From the NCBI RefSeq assembly GCF_006345805.1, contig NC_042998.1, positions 120,838,001 through 120,902,000 of the forward strand: a DNA stretch of 64,000 bases. Direction: 5' to 3'. Each line of letters begins with the position of its first letter. The stretch's first letter is position 1. The DNA is from Octopus sinensis (Eukaryota). A model generated the notes under the pieces. That model ran no database searches, was not told the DNA's origin, and was given only the letters and a program-made list of their open reading frames with translations. Both the position numbers and the translations under genes were made by a program. Below are positions 49,846-63,293 of the stretch, one piece after another.

Positions 49846-51622
49846 GTAAGTTTGTTTTTGTTTGTTTTTTTTATAGTCCTTTCTATCACTACTGTTCATC
49901 ATTTTGTCTGTAATCAGCACAGTCCGAAGCGGGGTCCTTCTATATGGTTACTCGATCTGCTAGAAATCACTTCCTCATATTATACTCTACGATATTTAAT
50001 TTGCCACCCGGTTTAACATCACCGTCTGGTTTTTGAAGTCCTTTAGTGGAGTCCACCCTGCTGCAAGAATTCGGACCAAGTTTGAATATAACTTCCTCAT
50101 GTGGCCTCGTAAATAGTCAAGAGCACTACCTGTCCGTCTTCGTTGTCCGGTTTCACGACATGCCTTTATTTTCTCTTTTATTTCGTATATATCTTCTATA
50201 TATGTCCAGCCTTTGCTTTAAATGTTGTGTTAATCACTAACTGGGAATAATTCCCAAGTTAAAAATCTATTCGAAAACAATCTGCAAAGTAACCTAAAGC
50301 TCTTAATCATGACTAAGAAGAATTTCTTTAATAAACTTCACACTAACATTACTCTAAATTGAACATATCTCCTTACTGTCTGTGATAGCAAACTGACAAT
50401 AATTCCGAAAATATCATTAATTCTATGATTATTGATAGAGAGGGAAGTGCTGCCCTCCGGTAAATTTTATGGAAAGTGGAAAAAAGTGGCGAAAGTGACC
50501 TGCCTAAAGAACAATAACAATAATAATCCTTTCTATCTCATTTTTCTGTTGTAAGAAAAACACTTTTAGTCGATAAATCGAACCTTGTATTTGACTGGTG
50601 CTATATTTTATCGGCCCTGGATTTGCTGACCGGTAAAGAAACCATAGTAATGATTTTCCTTTTTATTCGTTACAATGGTCCAGAATGCTCTTGTCAGTAA
50701 CAAACGAAATACAAGAACAAGTGTAAATTCGTAAATCTCTTCTACTTACAATAGCGTCCCAGGCCGTTTGTGACCAATAAAAAGAAATCATTATCATAGT
50801 TTCATTGCTTTTAATCCCTCCGGGTCCATAAATAAGCTAAGTGTCACGTACTGGGGTCGATATAATCAATTAATCTCTCTCGAAATTGCTGGCCTTGTTC
50901 TAGAAGAATCGTTTGTGTCGGTCAAAATGCCTTGCAGCATTCTTTTCCCACCTAACGTTCTGAGATCAAATCATGAGATATCCTTTGTGGGGTTGGGGTA
51001 GATAAAATAATTACCAATTGAGTACTGGAGTCGATGTAATCAACTTACCCCTCCCCCGAAATTACTGTCCTTATGCCAAAATTTGAAATCATTATTATTG
51101 TTGTTGTTGTCAAATATTTCCCAATGACAACAAAACTCTTATAGTTTTTATTAAATTGTGCTCGGTGTATGCGTTCACATACAGGTGCATCATATAATAT
51201 GTGTGTGTGTCTGACGATGAGTAAACTGGCCGAAACTTCGAAATCACTATCAACAATATTCCTGTTTAAGAATCATTAATTTGGTACTCTACGAAAGTAT
51301 AGAGCAACTCCTCAGATTAATATAAAATTTCTTTTATTATACTGAACATAAAATAAAATTAATGAATGTGTGTGTGTGAAAGAGAGAGAGAGAGAGAGAA
51401 AAGGTTGAGTTCTATTTCATCCTTTACTTTGCGGGGTTCTAAAGGTCGATTTCTAATAAAGATTCTTCATATTACATTGACAGCTTACTGTTGTTAGAAT
51501 TTTTCGAATATGAAAATGCTACAAATATAGAATGTGTTATGAGTATTTATAGAACAAATATCCTATAGAAACTCAACAAACAATTAAAGATGGAGAAAAG
51601 AAAGTGTTAAAAGTTTAAAAAG

Positions 51623-51656
<34 letters not shown>

Positions 51657-51882
51657 CAAATAAGAAAATGGAGAAACAAATTTAGTTTGTTCATCAACTT
51701 ACGGATATTATAATGTTAGATTATTTATTCATTTTACAAATGAGGACATCAAAAGCATACAAAATATTATATAAATCAATAGATAAGATAATAATACAAA
51801 TACAGATTTTAAAAGTCATATTATGAATTATTGAAATCCATAAATTCTTACAGCTGTTACACCCATAACCCCTATCTTACTT

Positions 51883-51917
<35 letters not shown>

Positions 51918-52129
51918 CTTTCGTGTGTGTGTGTGCTCATTTTTCTGTTGTAAGAGAAACATTTTTTAATGTGGACAACAAAAATAATTGCTGCATCAAT
52001 TCCAGGTCATCCTTGAATTTCCACAACATTAAATGTAGAAAAGAAACCCAAAAAAGAAAAAAATATATAGATAGGTTTGATCTGACTGAAGGGGTTCGTT
52101 TATGGCCTTACCAAGCTTTGTGAGTTTGA

Positions 52130-53560
52130 CATTATTAATGTTCCTCTTGGACAGTTGTGAGTAAGGGCTCAGGGGAAAAACATTTAGGGAGTGAATTCAT
52201 GAGAGTTAACAATCTGGACCGTAAGAGCTGGGCATAGTGGTAAGTGTGGGGCCTGAGATAATAGACACAATATAGGTGATAAGAGGAGAGATGAGGTTCT
52301 AAATGGAGGTGGCATGAAGTCAGCTAGCTCTGAGTGGCAGAGGCTATTACAATAACAAAAGGCAGTGCATCTTTGGGCCAGAGGTTGCAGTGTATTGGTG
52401 AGCAACTTCATGGCAATCAGTTTGCATAGTCTTTCTTCATCTAGGATGTGTGTTGTAGTAGTAGTAGTAGCAGCAGCAGCAGCACTGACCGTGGTGTTGG
52501 AACAGTACTCCATTGTGGGTCTCACCCAAGCTTTGTAGAGTAGTAGTTGATAAGTGCTTAAGTTTATTTTTGACCTTGAAGATGAAGACTAGTCTTTGTG
52601 ATGCATCTTTGTTATATTGATCATGTTTGCCTGGAGAGATCTTGTGATAGTGAGATCCATCATTATGTAACAACCTTGGGAGTTCTAGTTGTATGCTGTT
52701 CATGTTTCAAAAGAGTGGTGTGGGAGGTAATAATATTTTCTTGATATGTATAGTAATTCTGTTTTATGTTGTTGAAGGGGACAAAATTGTCTTGATTCCA
52801 TTGAAGAAAGGTCAATAGAGTCAATACAGATTTGACATGAAGTGTTTAGGGTTGCAGTTGGATAATGCTTTGGTGTGGAAGATTAGGGAGGAATTTTTGA
52901 CTCGCATTATCTTCATTGGAGTGGGTGTTGTTGAAGTTGACAACAAGTAGAACATTGATGTATACGAAAATGAGTGCTGAACAAAACCAAAGTCTGGAGT
53001 ACACCATAGTTGATAGCATTGATCAAAGAGAGAGACAGAGTGAGCAAACTTCGGCAGTATATACTATGATAGTGTGATCTAACAGGAAGCCCCTGATCCC
53101 AGAAACAAGACTGATGGAGCTCACAGACAGACAGTTTTAATAGGTAATTTGCATGCCAGACACAAAAGCTTTGCAAATGGCAAAGGTAATGTTGCTTCTT
53201 TCATCAAATTTTTCTTGGGTAGAGTCCATTTATGAGTGACATAAGAGAGAAAGTGACTAGTAAATCTGGCTTTGCAAAATCTGGTTGGTAGAAGCAGATA
53301 TGGTGCCTGTCTTGAGAATGAAATACCATGTTGTGTTTTCAAAGAATATCATGAAAGTGTTTGTTTGAATTTTCCAAGAATGTTGCTACTAAAAGTTTCT
53401 TATCATAGTAATAGTATTCATCAGGAAATTGATCACTAAGACAATAATTTAACCTCTTTAGGTCTCTTCTCATTCTCCCTGAGTATCAGTAACTTTGTTT
53501 TGTCTCTGGTTAGCTCTTTTCAAATAGATCTATAATCAGTGACATTTTAACTGTGACCAT
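52130..53560 (-). mobile_element. Degenerate CR1/L2-like LINE RT
   Basis: RPTMEYCS...LTNTLQPLA...CHSELADFMPPP resembles the post-RT region of CR1-group elements; many stops upstream. Confidence 0.65.
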
Positions 53561-54344
53561 TCCATATTTCATTCATCAATATCCAGGATCATAATATTCA
53601 GTGTCTTCTTTTTAAGTTAGTAAAGTGTCATTTGAGAGAGATCATCATCATTTAATGTCCATGTTTCATGCTGGCAACTGTTATTTCTAGATCAGGGGTT
53701 CCATCATTGATTTCTCTAACGTACCAGTTATATATCACTGTGATGCTGAATAATAATTCCTTCTGTTGTTGTTTATTCTAGGTAGTAGACAGACAAGCTT
53801 TATTTTTTTCTAGCTGCTAAAGAAACTTGTGATGATCTGTGTTGGCAAAAGATGTTTGATAAAATTTGTAATAGTTATGAGGAGGGGTGTGTTTTGATGT
53901 TTGAGACAGAGCACTTCTTTGAAAAGAAGTATGTGTACCCTGAGTAGTGTGGATTATTTAGTTGAATCAGAGACAGGAGGAAAATCCTTTAGTTAAATAG
54001 TTGTTGAATTGAGATGATCTTGTTTGATTTTAGACTGGAAATGTCATTTGAAAAAATCTACAAAATACAACCTTGGCAAATCTAAGTTATGCTAGAAGCT
54101 GTAGTTATATATGTTATTGAAATTAAATACTGTCAATATTTTGAGACTATCAGTTCAACAATGATAGAAAATCTTTGATTGAAATTTAATTAACAATTTT
54201 CACTAATAAAATATTTACTAATCAAAGTTTGTGGCTTTTGTATGTGTGTGTCTGCAGAAAGTCAAGTTATTATTAAGACTAAATTTTTCTATAAGCCTAT
54301 AATTTTGAAATTTTACATTGATCTCTGTTACCATCTGTGTAATA

Positions 54345-55635
54345 CAGGATGTTTTAAAAAATTTGATAACGTTTGAGCTATAAATATTGAAGTAACTACA
54401 TTGTCTAGGCAACTGAAACTAAACAGGCTTAATGTTGAACAAAATAAGTTTTATTCATAAAAATTTGAATGAGAAATTCAAAGGTATGTAAATTTTATGA
54501 ATAATTTCACATGATTTCAATATGTGCACCACATATGATATAGTGCATATCAAGTCAGTAGTCCAGCTCCTGTCAAACCTGATGCACTATGTCTTGGGTA
54601 ACAGTCTCTAGTGTAGCAGTGACTCTCTGCTTGAGTTCCTCTAAAATTATAGGGAGAGGGGAGGATATAGACTACAGAGAAAAAAATTGTAAGGTGTCAG
54701 GTGAACATGAAAACCATTTCAGCAGAACATTGTCTTCATTACCAGCATGCTCAATTCATCTCCTTGGCATATTCTCATTGAGATAAGCCCACACTGTTGA
54801 AAAATTAAATGTTCATGTCCATTTGCAATGATCTTATCAATTAGCCAGTTCTGAAGCATTTGCAGATAAACATTGCCTATCACATTTCCCTCAAAGAAAA
54901 ACTGACCATAAAGATGATTCTTGGAGATGGCACTGAACACATTCAGTTTCAGTCAATCCTGTGGCATGGGGATATTTCTTCACCTCAAATGTGAATATTG
55001 TACTTGTTAACTTTGTCATCCATATGAAATGGCCTCATCACTGAAAGCAAGAAGTTCTTCAAACTTGTGTTTTAGTTTCTTTTGTATATCAACATAGAAT
55101 TGCTTGTGCTTTTGCTTGTCACCTATCTTTAAGGCCTGAATGAGCTCTAGCTTGTAGGTTGTTATTCGTAAGCATTCCCTTGCAACACATCAAATGTTGT
55201 TGGAGGAATCTGAATTTCCAGGCTTGCTCTTCTTATGTACTTCCTGGCACTTCACAAAATTGTTTCCCAAACCCATTCAACCATCTTTTCCAATACCAAT
55301 GGTCATCCAGATCCTTTTGTCCTGCACAGACAGCTTTCCTCTTCAAACTTTTTTGTGCCATGTCCAAATCTGCATTACAACTGGTGCATTTTTAGCAAAT
55401 TCTTTTACAAATGCACATTGCACAGTCTTGTTCAACTGTGTTTGAGCATACTCTAGCACACAAATACCTTTTCTTTTCCAGTGAATGGCATTTCTATACC
55501 TGAAAAGAACATAAAGCATTAAAAGTAGAATTTTGAGTTGTTTCTACACATGCTATTGCAATTTATGATCATTTGAATGAGAATTGGTCAAATTATTAGA
55601 TTACAAAATAATATCAATTTTCCTGAAACACCTTG
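54345..55635 (-). mobile_element. Near full-length Tc1/mariner-superfamily transposon, decayed
   Basis: ta|caggatgttttaaaaaatttgata versus the reverse complement of the right end ta|caaggtgtttcaggaaaattgata. Transposase remnants FSAISKNHLYGQFFFEGNVIGNVYLQMLQNWL...IFQQ. Confidence 0.8.
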
Positions 55636-56902
55636 TATTTTCCCTTCCTTTGGCTCTCAACTTTTGATGGAATTGTAGGTATCATCATGACATGCAGCAT
55701 GTTTTGGCCATTTTAAACCTGGCAGAGTCCTGACTTCTCCTGGTTTAAACAACTGATTTCTTACAGAGAGAAAGTAAAGAAGATAAGCAGAATTGACCCA
55801 AGTACTGGGCTGTTACTTAATTTATCAACCCCAAAACAATGAAAGGTAAAGTTTACTTTGGCAGGATTTGAACTAAAACTCTATACAGAGCCAGAATGAT
55901 TACAACAAAGCAATGTATCTGATTCTGCCAACTGTCAACAGAGAGAGAGAGATTGGTATGAAATATGTAGTCCTGTTCTCATATAATTACAGCTGCAGAA
56001 TAATGCAGTAGTTAGAAAAGTGATGGAGGGATGATTGATAGGGAAATGAAAAGATGGCAGAAGGTCTGATATAGCTACATAATTTTAAACACAATTATGA
56101 ACAAAATGAAAGTCATCATGTTTTGCAAATTTCTTGTACTTCTATACTTCTCTGTAAAAATATATTCTCTCTCTCTTGCACCCTGTACTTACCTCTTATT
56201 AACTAGCCTCTTGATTTTTTCTACTATTCAGACTTGTTCACCTCTTTTTCACCCTTCCTCTTTTGATCCATATTCAATCTATTGCTTATATAAAGAAATA
56301 GCAATAAAAGCCGTCATTGGTCAGGAGCCACATTGAACCTGTATGTGTGCATTTTTAGAAGAGAAAACTATGTAATAATTGAAGTAGAAGAAAGATCAAT
56401 ATCATACATGAACTTGTGTTTGTTTATGATACGACAATAATAAATGAGTTGTATGTGTTATTTTATTTATCTAGCATTTCGTTGATGTTTGGTTTCAGGT
56501 GCATGTTGAGCTTTCTTTCTCTGTCGCTGATCTGTAAACCATGCACATGTCTCATCATTTTCTGATGCACCTCGTGCATTTGTTTGGTGAGACATTTTTT
56601 TGATAATAAATATCAGGAAGTAATAGTGAAATGAAATTCAGATGCTATGCTACAGTAATGCAAGATAAATAGGTATATCATATAGAAGAATAGCTTAAGG
56701 GAATGAGAAATGTTTTTGATAAGGATTTTACTTGTGGCAGTCATTACAGAGGGAGAGAAAGAAAATGATTGACTGTGTTTAACTGTGCAGGACAGACAAT
56801 CCTTGAATAAATAAATGAATAATATATATGGTGTGGTGGTTGTTGAATGCTGATTATTCTCACCACTGGACAATTTCCAGCCAAATAGAAAGACAGAAAG
56901 AT

Positions 56903-56998
<96 letters not shown>

Positions 56999-57479
56999 TT
57001 GAAAGGTTTTGATTCTTTGAAAATTTTGGCACTTTAGCCCTGATCACACCATCATCATTACCATCACCATAGTGAAAGTGGACAAAACACCCACGCTTAT
57101 AAATGAGATGGTGTCTCACTTATGTTTTGTCGGACAGGCAGACAGAATTTCTCTTTCATATATATAGATTTATGGTGAAAAGTTGTATGTATAAATTTGT
57201 TGAAAATTTATAAACTGGAAAGAATTTTCTTTATAATGACTCTTTTCTTGCAACGTCTTGATATAATCTGTTCATAATTTATTTTCAAGCTGAATAATAA
57301 ACGCTCAGAGTCAAAAATTAAGTCAGGTCAAAGTAGCCAAAAATTTGTATGTATATTTGTAAGTAATACTTATGTTAGTCTACTAGGTTCATTTCTGTAA
57401 CACTGTGCATATTGACAGTAATCATTGCATGTAACACAATACAGCTTGTGTTGCCTGTAATTTCCATTGATATTTCTGT

Positions 57480-57790
57480 GATTAGGCATCTTTCAACCTT
57501 GTATTTATACATCATGCTTCAATGAAGAGTAATAATCTAAAATTGAAGCATGTGAACCAAAAATTGGAATATATAAGTAGAGATTGGTGCTTCAACAGTA
57601 ATAGTTTGTGAAGAGTATGATGCTGAAAAGTAAATAGTTTCAGACATGTGCAATGCTAAGGATAAACTCACTGTATTTCCTTTGAAATATAACCTTGATG
57701 CAAATTCTAAATCATCATTTGTTAGTGTAAAGAAGCATATGAGAGTTGCTGCAAAATATGCAAATCCTGTGGTAGTAGTGACATGCTTCT
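57480..57790 (+). mobile_element. Possible pogo/Tigger transposase N-terminal (HTH) remnant
   Basis: GASTVIVCEEYDAEK...DMCNAKDKL resembles the CENP-B-type HTH region; heavily decayed. Confidence 0.4.
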
Positions 57791-57809
57791 AATTTTGTCT
57801 TGACTGCAT

Positions 57810-58130
57810 CATTCTTTTCCATCTTGACCAAATTGCCTTCTCATCATCATGGAAGCCTTCCAAGTGGCCTTTTCTGATCTCTTTCATACCACTCAGCATC
57901 TGCACTGATTCACCTGTTGTCTGTGAACCTTGCAACTTGTCCAGCTTCGCAGAGCTTGTACATTCAGTACTCTGCGATCACATATATTGGATGGAATCTT
58001 CCATTGATTTCAGTGTATGAACATTCAGTTGTTCAATCAACTGGGTGACTTCCTCATTGAATTAGTGTGCAGAGTAGTTGAGTATTCCACCGATGTATTT
58101 ACCCTTAACATAATTCTCAAGTAGACTCAG
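57810..58130 (-). mobile_element. RTE LINE 3' fragment
   Basis: Minus strand GQVARFTDNR...EWYERDQKRPLGR (WAGHVAR...RPxGR-like). Confidence 0.6.
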
Positions 58131-59720
58131 CATTACACAGTGTGACAGTGCTGGAGCTGTGTGTGTGTGTATTTATACACACATACACATACTAAATAAA
58201 TATTCTTAAAAGCAACTGTTTTAAAGTCTTCCTTCTGATTTTTAATAGAGTTGTTAAGAATGAACTATTTTTTTCTCTGTAATAACTTCTTTCCACAAAA
58301 AAATTTTTTTTTAAATATGTAGAAAGAGAGACAGAAAAGTGTGTGTGCATGTGCACAAGTATATATACATTACCACAGACATTATCAATATCACCAGTTC
58401 CTTGTAAACTTGAATGCTATAAATAAAATCGAATCATTCCACTTGATTCTCTGTGATCAATATACTGAAAGGAAAGCGTTAATATCTAAAAATATATTTT
58501 TGGTAAATGGCAATGACAGTATCTTTCTTAAGTGTTACAAGTCAAGGCAGGCAAAGGAGGATAAAAGATAGCTCACTTCAAGATGAATATTTAACATTCC
58601 CTTCAGTATTTGTCTTTGCAACATGTGTCCCTGTATTTCTTTTCCAGTCATTTAAAAAAAAATTTTCACTAAAATTTGATATATATCTCTCTATCTTCTT
58701 ATGTCTAATATGTTTCATTGAGGTAATTTAATAAGTCTAAAATGTTTTTAGTACATTTGAAACATACTACCAAATATCAGGCTGACTCATAGCCAGGCAT
58801 GTGTGAAGTATGGATGTACTGTTAAGAAGATTGATTCATAATCATGTGGTTTCATGTTCAGGCCCACTACTTGGTATTTTGAGCAAGTGTTTTTTGTATA
58901 TCCTTGTGCCAACCAAAGCATTTGAGAGTGGGTCTAGTAGAGAGAAACTGAAATGAAGCCCATCATATCTGTATATATGTGTGTACAGGGGTGTTTCTAT
59001 GTCTTTTTCTTGATATAACAGTCCAACAGTAAACAGATATGACTGTCATACAAATTTTGCTGTTTGTTTGCAATCTCTTATGAAATTGTGTCCAGATTAA
59101 GAAAATATTACCTTGCTTGGAAACAGGTGAGGGTTGGCAATAGGAAGAGCATCCAGCTATAGAGAATCTGCCTCACTGAATCCCATCTAACTCATACACA
59201 CAGAAAAGTAGGTTAAAACCATAATGATATTGCCACTACTGCGAACAAAGTCAACCCCCTCTCCTATTGCTTTCTGTTTTTAATTGACTTAAATTCTTTA
59301 GTTTTCTCTACAATCTTTGATGATTAGACTCTATCATTCTGCTTTACTTGACATGTGTTTGAGTGTTATGCATTTGTAACAACATTAACTATGGAATAAA
59401 ACCAAAGACATCCTTGAAATTTTTATTATAATTTCCATCTATACCCTCCTCGTTAATCTTTAAGCTAATAAGGATGTTTTCTCTCCTCATCATGGGTATA
59501 AATTTAATTATATACCTTCTTGACTCACTTCAGTTATGTCAGCACTGACTTTATGAATTAATTTATTAAGTGCAGATTAATTTTATTGAGTAAGGGTATA
59601 TGTAGATGATGGTCAATAGTAAATTTGATAGAATGTTGGACTACAAGCCTTGTAGTATTTAGTTGCATTCATTTATATTCTGATATCTCACTCTTGAGGG
59701 CCAATAAAGCTGTACTAATA

Positions 59721-60140
59721 ATAATTAATAGTGACAGAAGCAGTATTAATACCAAAATGTAATGTTTATCTCCACTTTAAAGTGGATGTTGTGTTAGAAC
59801 ACAGAATACTGTGTTATTTACCATGAGAGCACCTCTCATATGGACTTGTGGTGCATAAAAGTACTTGTGCTTATATCGCTAGTGGGAGATAATCATCCAT
59901 GATTGCTGCTGGAACTGCTAGATCACGTGATTTCGACCTTCCTTAGCCTCGTTAATGGTAGATGCCCACAACTAGAAAGAACAGTAATTCCTCTATCAGT
60001 CAGTGGTCTTATTTGAAAATAATTAATAGTGATAGGGCAGTATTAATACCAAAAGTTAATAGTTATCCCCACTTAAACGTGGACATTGAGTTAGAATGCA
60101 GAATACTGCATTATCTACCACAAGAGAATTTCTTGTAGTC
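59721..60140. repeat. Partial tandem (about 1.4 copies) of a 298-bp palindrome-rich element
   Basis: aattaatagtga recurs at 59723 and 60021, and ~120 bp align between the two copies. Confidence 0.85.
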
Positions 60141-62597
60141 TCGTCATCATTATCATCATTTAACATCCATATGGGCATGGGTTGAATGGTCTGACAGGAT
60201 CCAAGCCAAAAAGGAAATACTTGAAAAAGAATAAACAATATACATCATATAACCAGGTAAGGTTTTGTTACGATTTTCTGTCGTGCTATCTGGTAAATAA
60301 TTAGATATTTTGGTGTAGATATTTTTCAGGACAAAGCCATATATAAGTGCGGTTGTTAAACCCTGATTTCACACATTAGTCAAGTACAAGCATCTTTATC
60401 TTTATTCTGCCCCTTCTTTGAATGTCTAGAATATTTTGTTTGCTGATAACCAGCATATTTGATCCTCATAAAAGAAATGACAACGAATTACAATGATTGG
60501 TAAATTGCAAAACCCATCCATTGGTGCAAACATGATGAAAACCAGCATTGAAATAATGATAGTGACAGAGGTTGAAAGATATATCATTTCTATAGTGTTG
60601 CTACCATGATAAAATTCACCCAGTAAAGGGCATCCATGCCCTTCCTAATACTAATCATGCGAAAATTGAAACATGAGCAAAATATGGTCTTCTAACCAAA
60701 CTAACAAAGACAATAATTCCTCATATGAACTGACTCTGAGTGTGTAACTGCTCAATCCAAAATAATAGTGGTAATGATGGTGATTACAATGACAACATCA
60801 CCATCCAGAGTCAAAGAATCATCATCATTTAGCACCTACTTTCATTGTTGGCATGGATGAGGGTGAATTTTCAAGTTCTGAGTCAGTTCTTATTTGTAGT
60901 TATTGCTCTCCTAGATAGCTCCAAGAGCCCCATTTTGCTATTATATTCTAGTTTTGGCATGATTTCTATGACTGGCCCTTCCTATCACCAACAAATTACA
61001 GAGTATACTAGATGTATTTCATTGTGACCAGTATGTACTAGTGTTTGTTCACTTATTAATACTCCTTCCCTACAATTTTTGGTATTGAGTCATCATAAAT
61101 TATTATATGCTTTACAGTATTTACAGCACTTTACATTCTGAGTTCAAATCCTGCCTTGGTCACTTTTGCCTTTTATTACTTCAGGCTTGATAACAAAGTA
61201 CCAGTCAAGTGCTGGCTTGATATAATCACCTAACCCCACTTCCCTCAAAATATATAGCTTTGTGCCTTAATTAAAAACAATTTTTAGTATTGATATTGTT
61301 TTTGTTGGTATTACTATTCCAAGTTCAAATCCTGTTTTACCTTTCATCCTTCTAAGGTCAATAAAACATAGTCCCAGTCTAGTACTAGGGTCAGTATAAC
61401 AACTACTCCCTACCTTCCCTTTATATTGGCTGTGTGCCAAATTAAAAGAATCATTCTTAGTAGTAGTAGTAGTAGTATAGTCCTTATAGCAAGTTTGAGA
61501 ATGGTGTATAGTTTCCTTCTTCATTACAAAATTTCTCCTGTGTATTTTAACATAAATTACCTCCAAGCCCAGTTCTGTCAAATATGACTAAATCCTCCAT
61601 ACATCTTCTTTCAGAGTTAACCTCTCTTGTCAGGTTGGACTAAATCCCCTACACCTCTTGAAAAGTAAACAGCAGGTTTATGATAAATGAGCCAAGCTAT
61701 TTAGTGTTTTTATAATAGCTGGGAAAATGAACACCCACTGTTATCTCTAGATGTGACTTAGCAGTTTACACATTCATACAGGAGAGGTGTATTTACTCCA
61801 CTACCCACTATCACAAGTTGTTTTCTCCAACACATTTAATTAAACAGAAACAGCAGCCGTATATTTCTCCTCTCACGCACATTCACACAGAAGTGTTTGT
61901 AAGTAAACTAGCATATATATCCTCAAGAAAGTAGATATACCTTTGATTCTTTAGTAAGTTGATTCAATGTGATTCTGGCCATGCTGGAGCATCATCACAT
62001 ATTCCTTCAAGTTTCCATGCTTGCATGAGTTGCACAGAATTTGTTGATGATTTTCTACAGCCACATGTCTTTCCTGTTGCCAACCCTCACCTGTTTCCTT
62101 GCAAGGTAATATTCTCCCATGACAAGATATGTTTTCATGGATGATTGGAAATAAATAACTCTACTTGCATGATGGTGACATTTGTTTACAGCTATCACTC
62201 AAGAGTCAAGGCAAAGAGACAGAAACATGCACACACACATACATGTGTGTGTGTGTGTTCGTGTATATAGATATATGTATATATATGTGTGTGTGTGTGT
62301 GTGTATCTTTTTTACTTGTTTCAGTCATTAGACTACAGCCTTGCTGGGGCACCGCCTTAAAGAATTTTAGTTGGGACCAAATCAACCCTAGTACTTTTTT
62401 TTTTTTTTCAAAGTCTGGCACTTACTCTTTTGGTCTCTTTTGCCAAACTGCTAAATTATAGGGACACAAACACACACACACACAACTGGTTTCTTTCAGT
62501 TTCCGCCTGCCAAATCCACTCACAAGGCTTTGTCAGCTTGAGTAGAACACACTTGCTTGTATAATATATATATCATGTAATGTACTTTGTATCAGCT

Positions 62598-63293
62598 CTG
62601 TATTAACATAAGAACTACTAATAATCTCTTCCCATTAAGACACATGGTTAGGCAGGTTTTTATAACATGCCTTGTGTCTCCAAGCAATCCCTGTGTTCTG
62701 AGCACATGTTCTATTCTACTTGAAAATCAGGATGCTGAAAATCTTGGATCTAAAAGGAATGCGCAATCTTTCAGCTATGCATAAGTTGCATTTCTTAGAT
62801 CCATTTACTTTTGTTGATGTGCTAAAAAGAAGATTGCTGGTTTGCATAACATCTTTTAAAATTGCTTTTGCATAAACCAATGTAATTTTTATTTTCAGTT
62901 TTGTTATCTTGAAACTTTGCTGTGACTTCTGCCTAATAGACAACAGAGTTTATCATACACACCAGGCATACATGTTAAACTCTATCATCTATGAATTAGA
63001 AGTCACAGGTTTATGTGGAGGCAATTTAGAAAAAAAAACATTATGCAAACCACCAGTCTTGTTTCTTTTCTTTCCTTTCTTTTTCCATTTTTATTCACTT
63101 TTCGTCTTCTCATTAACCTTCTTTTTTTTTTTGCATGTGTGATTTCTCACATACCAGCATCCTGATTTTCAAATAGTACAAACTATGTATACAGAGCCTG
63201 AAGATTGCTTTGGGACACAAGGCAAATTATAAAAACTGCTTAATTACATGTCTTAATGGCAAGAAACTATTATTAACTCTTATGTAAATACAG
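62598..63293. mobile_element. ~700-bp fold-back element/MITE with long TIRs, within PHPT1 intron 1
   Basis: Left ctgtattaacataag...gaaaatcaggatgctg pairs with right cagcatcctgattttc...cttatgtaaatacag. Inner arms (tttgcataa/ttatgcaaa, gtgacttct/agaagtcac, agagttt/aaactct) also pair around a loop near 62951-62977. Confidence 0.85.

Noticed and set aside
56480-56620. tttcag|gtgcatg as PHPT1 exon 2
   Set aside because: The phase-1 join gives C-A-C-stop, with no DIY/GGGRI motif.
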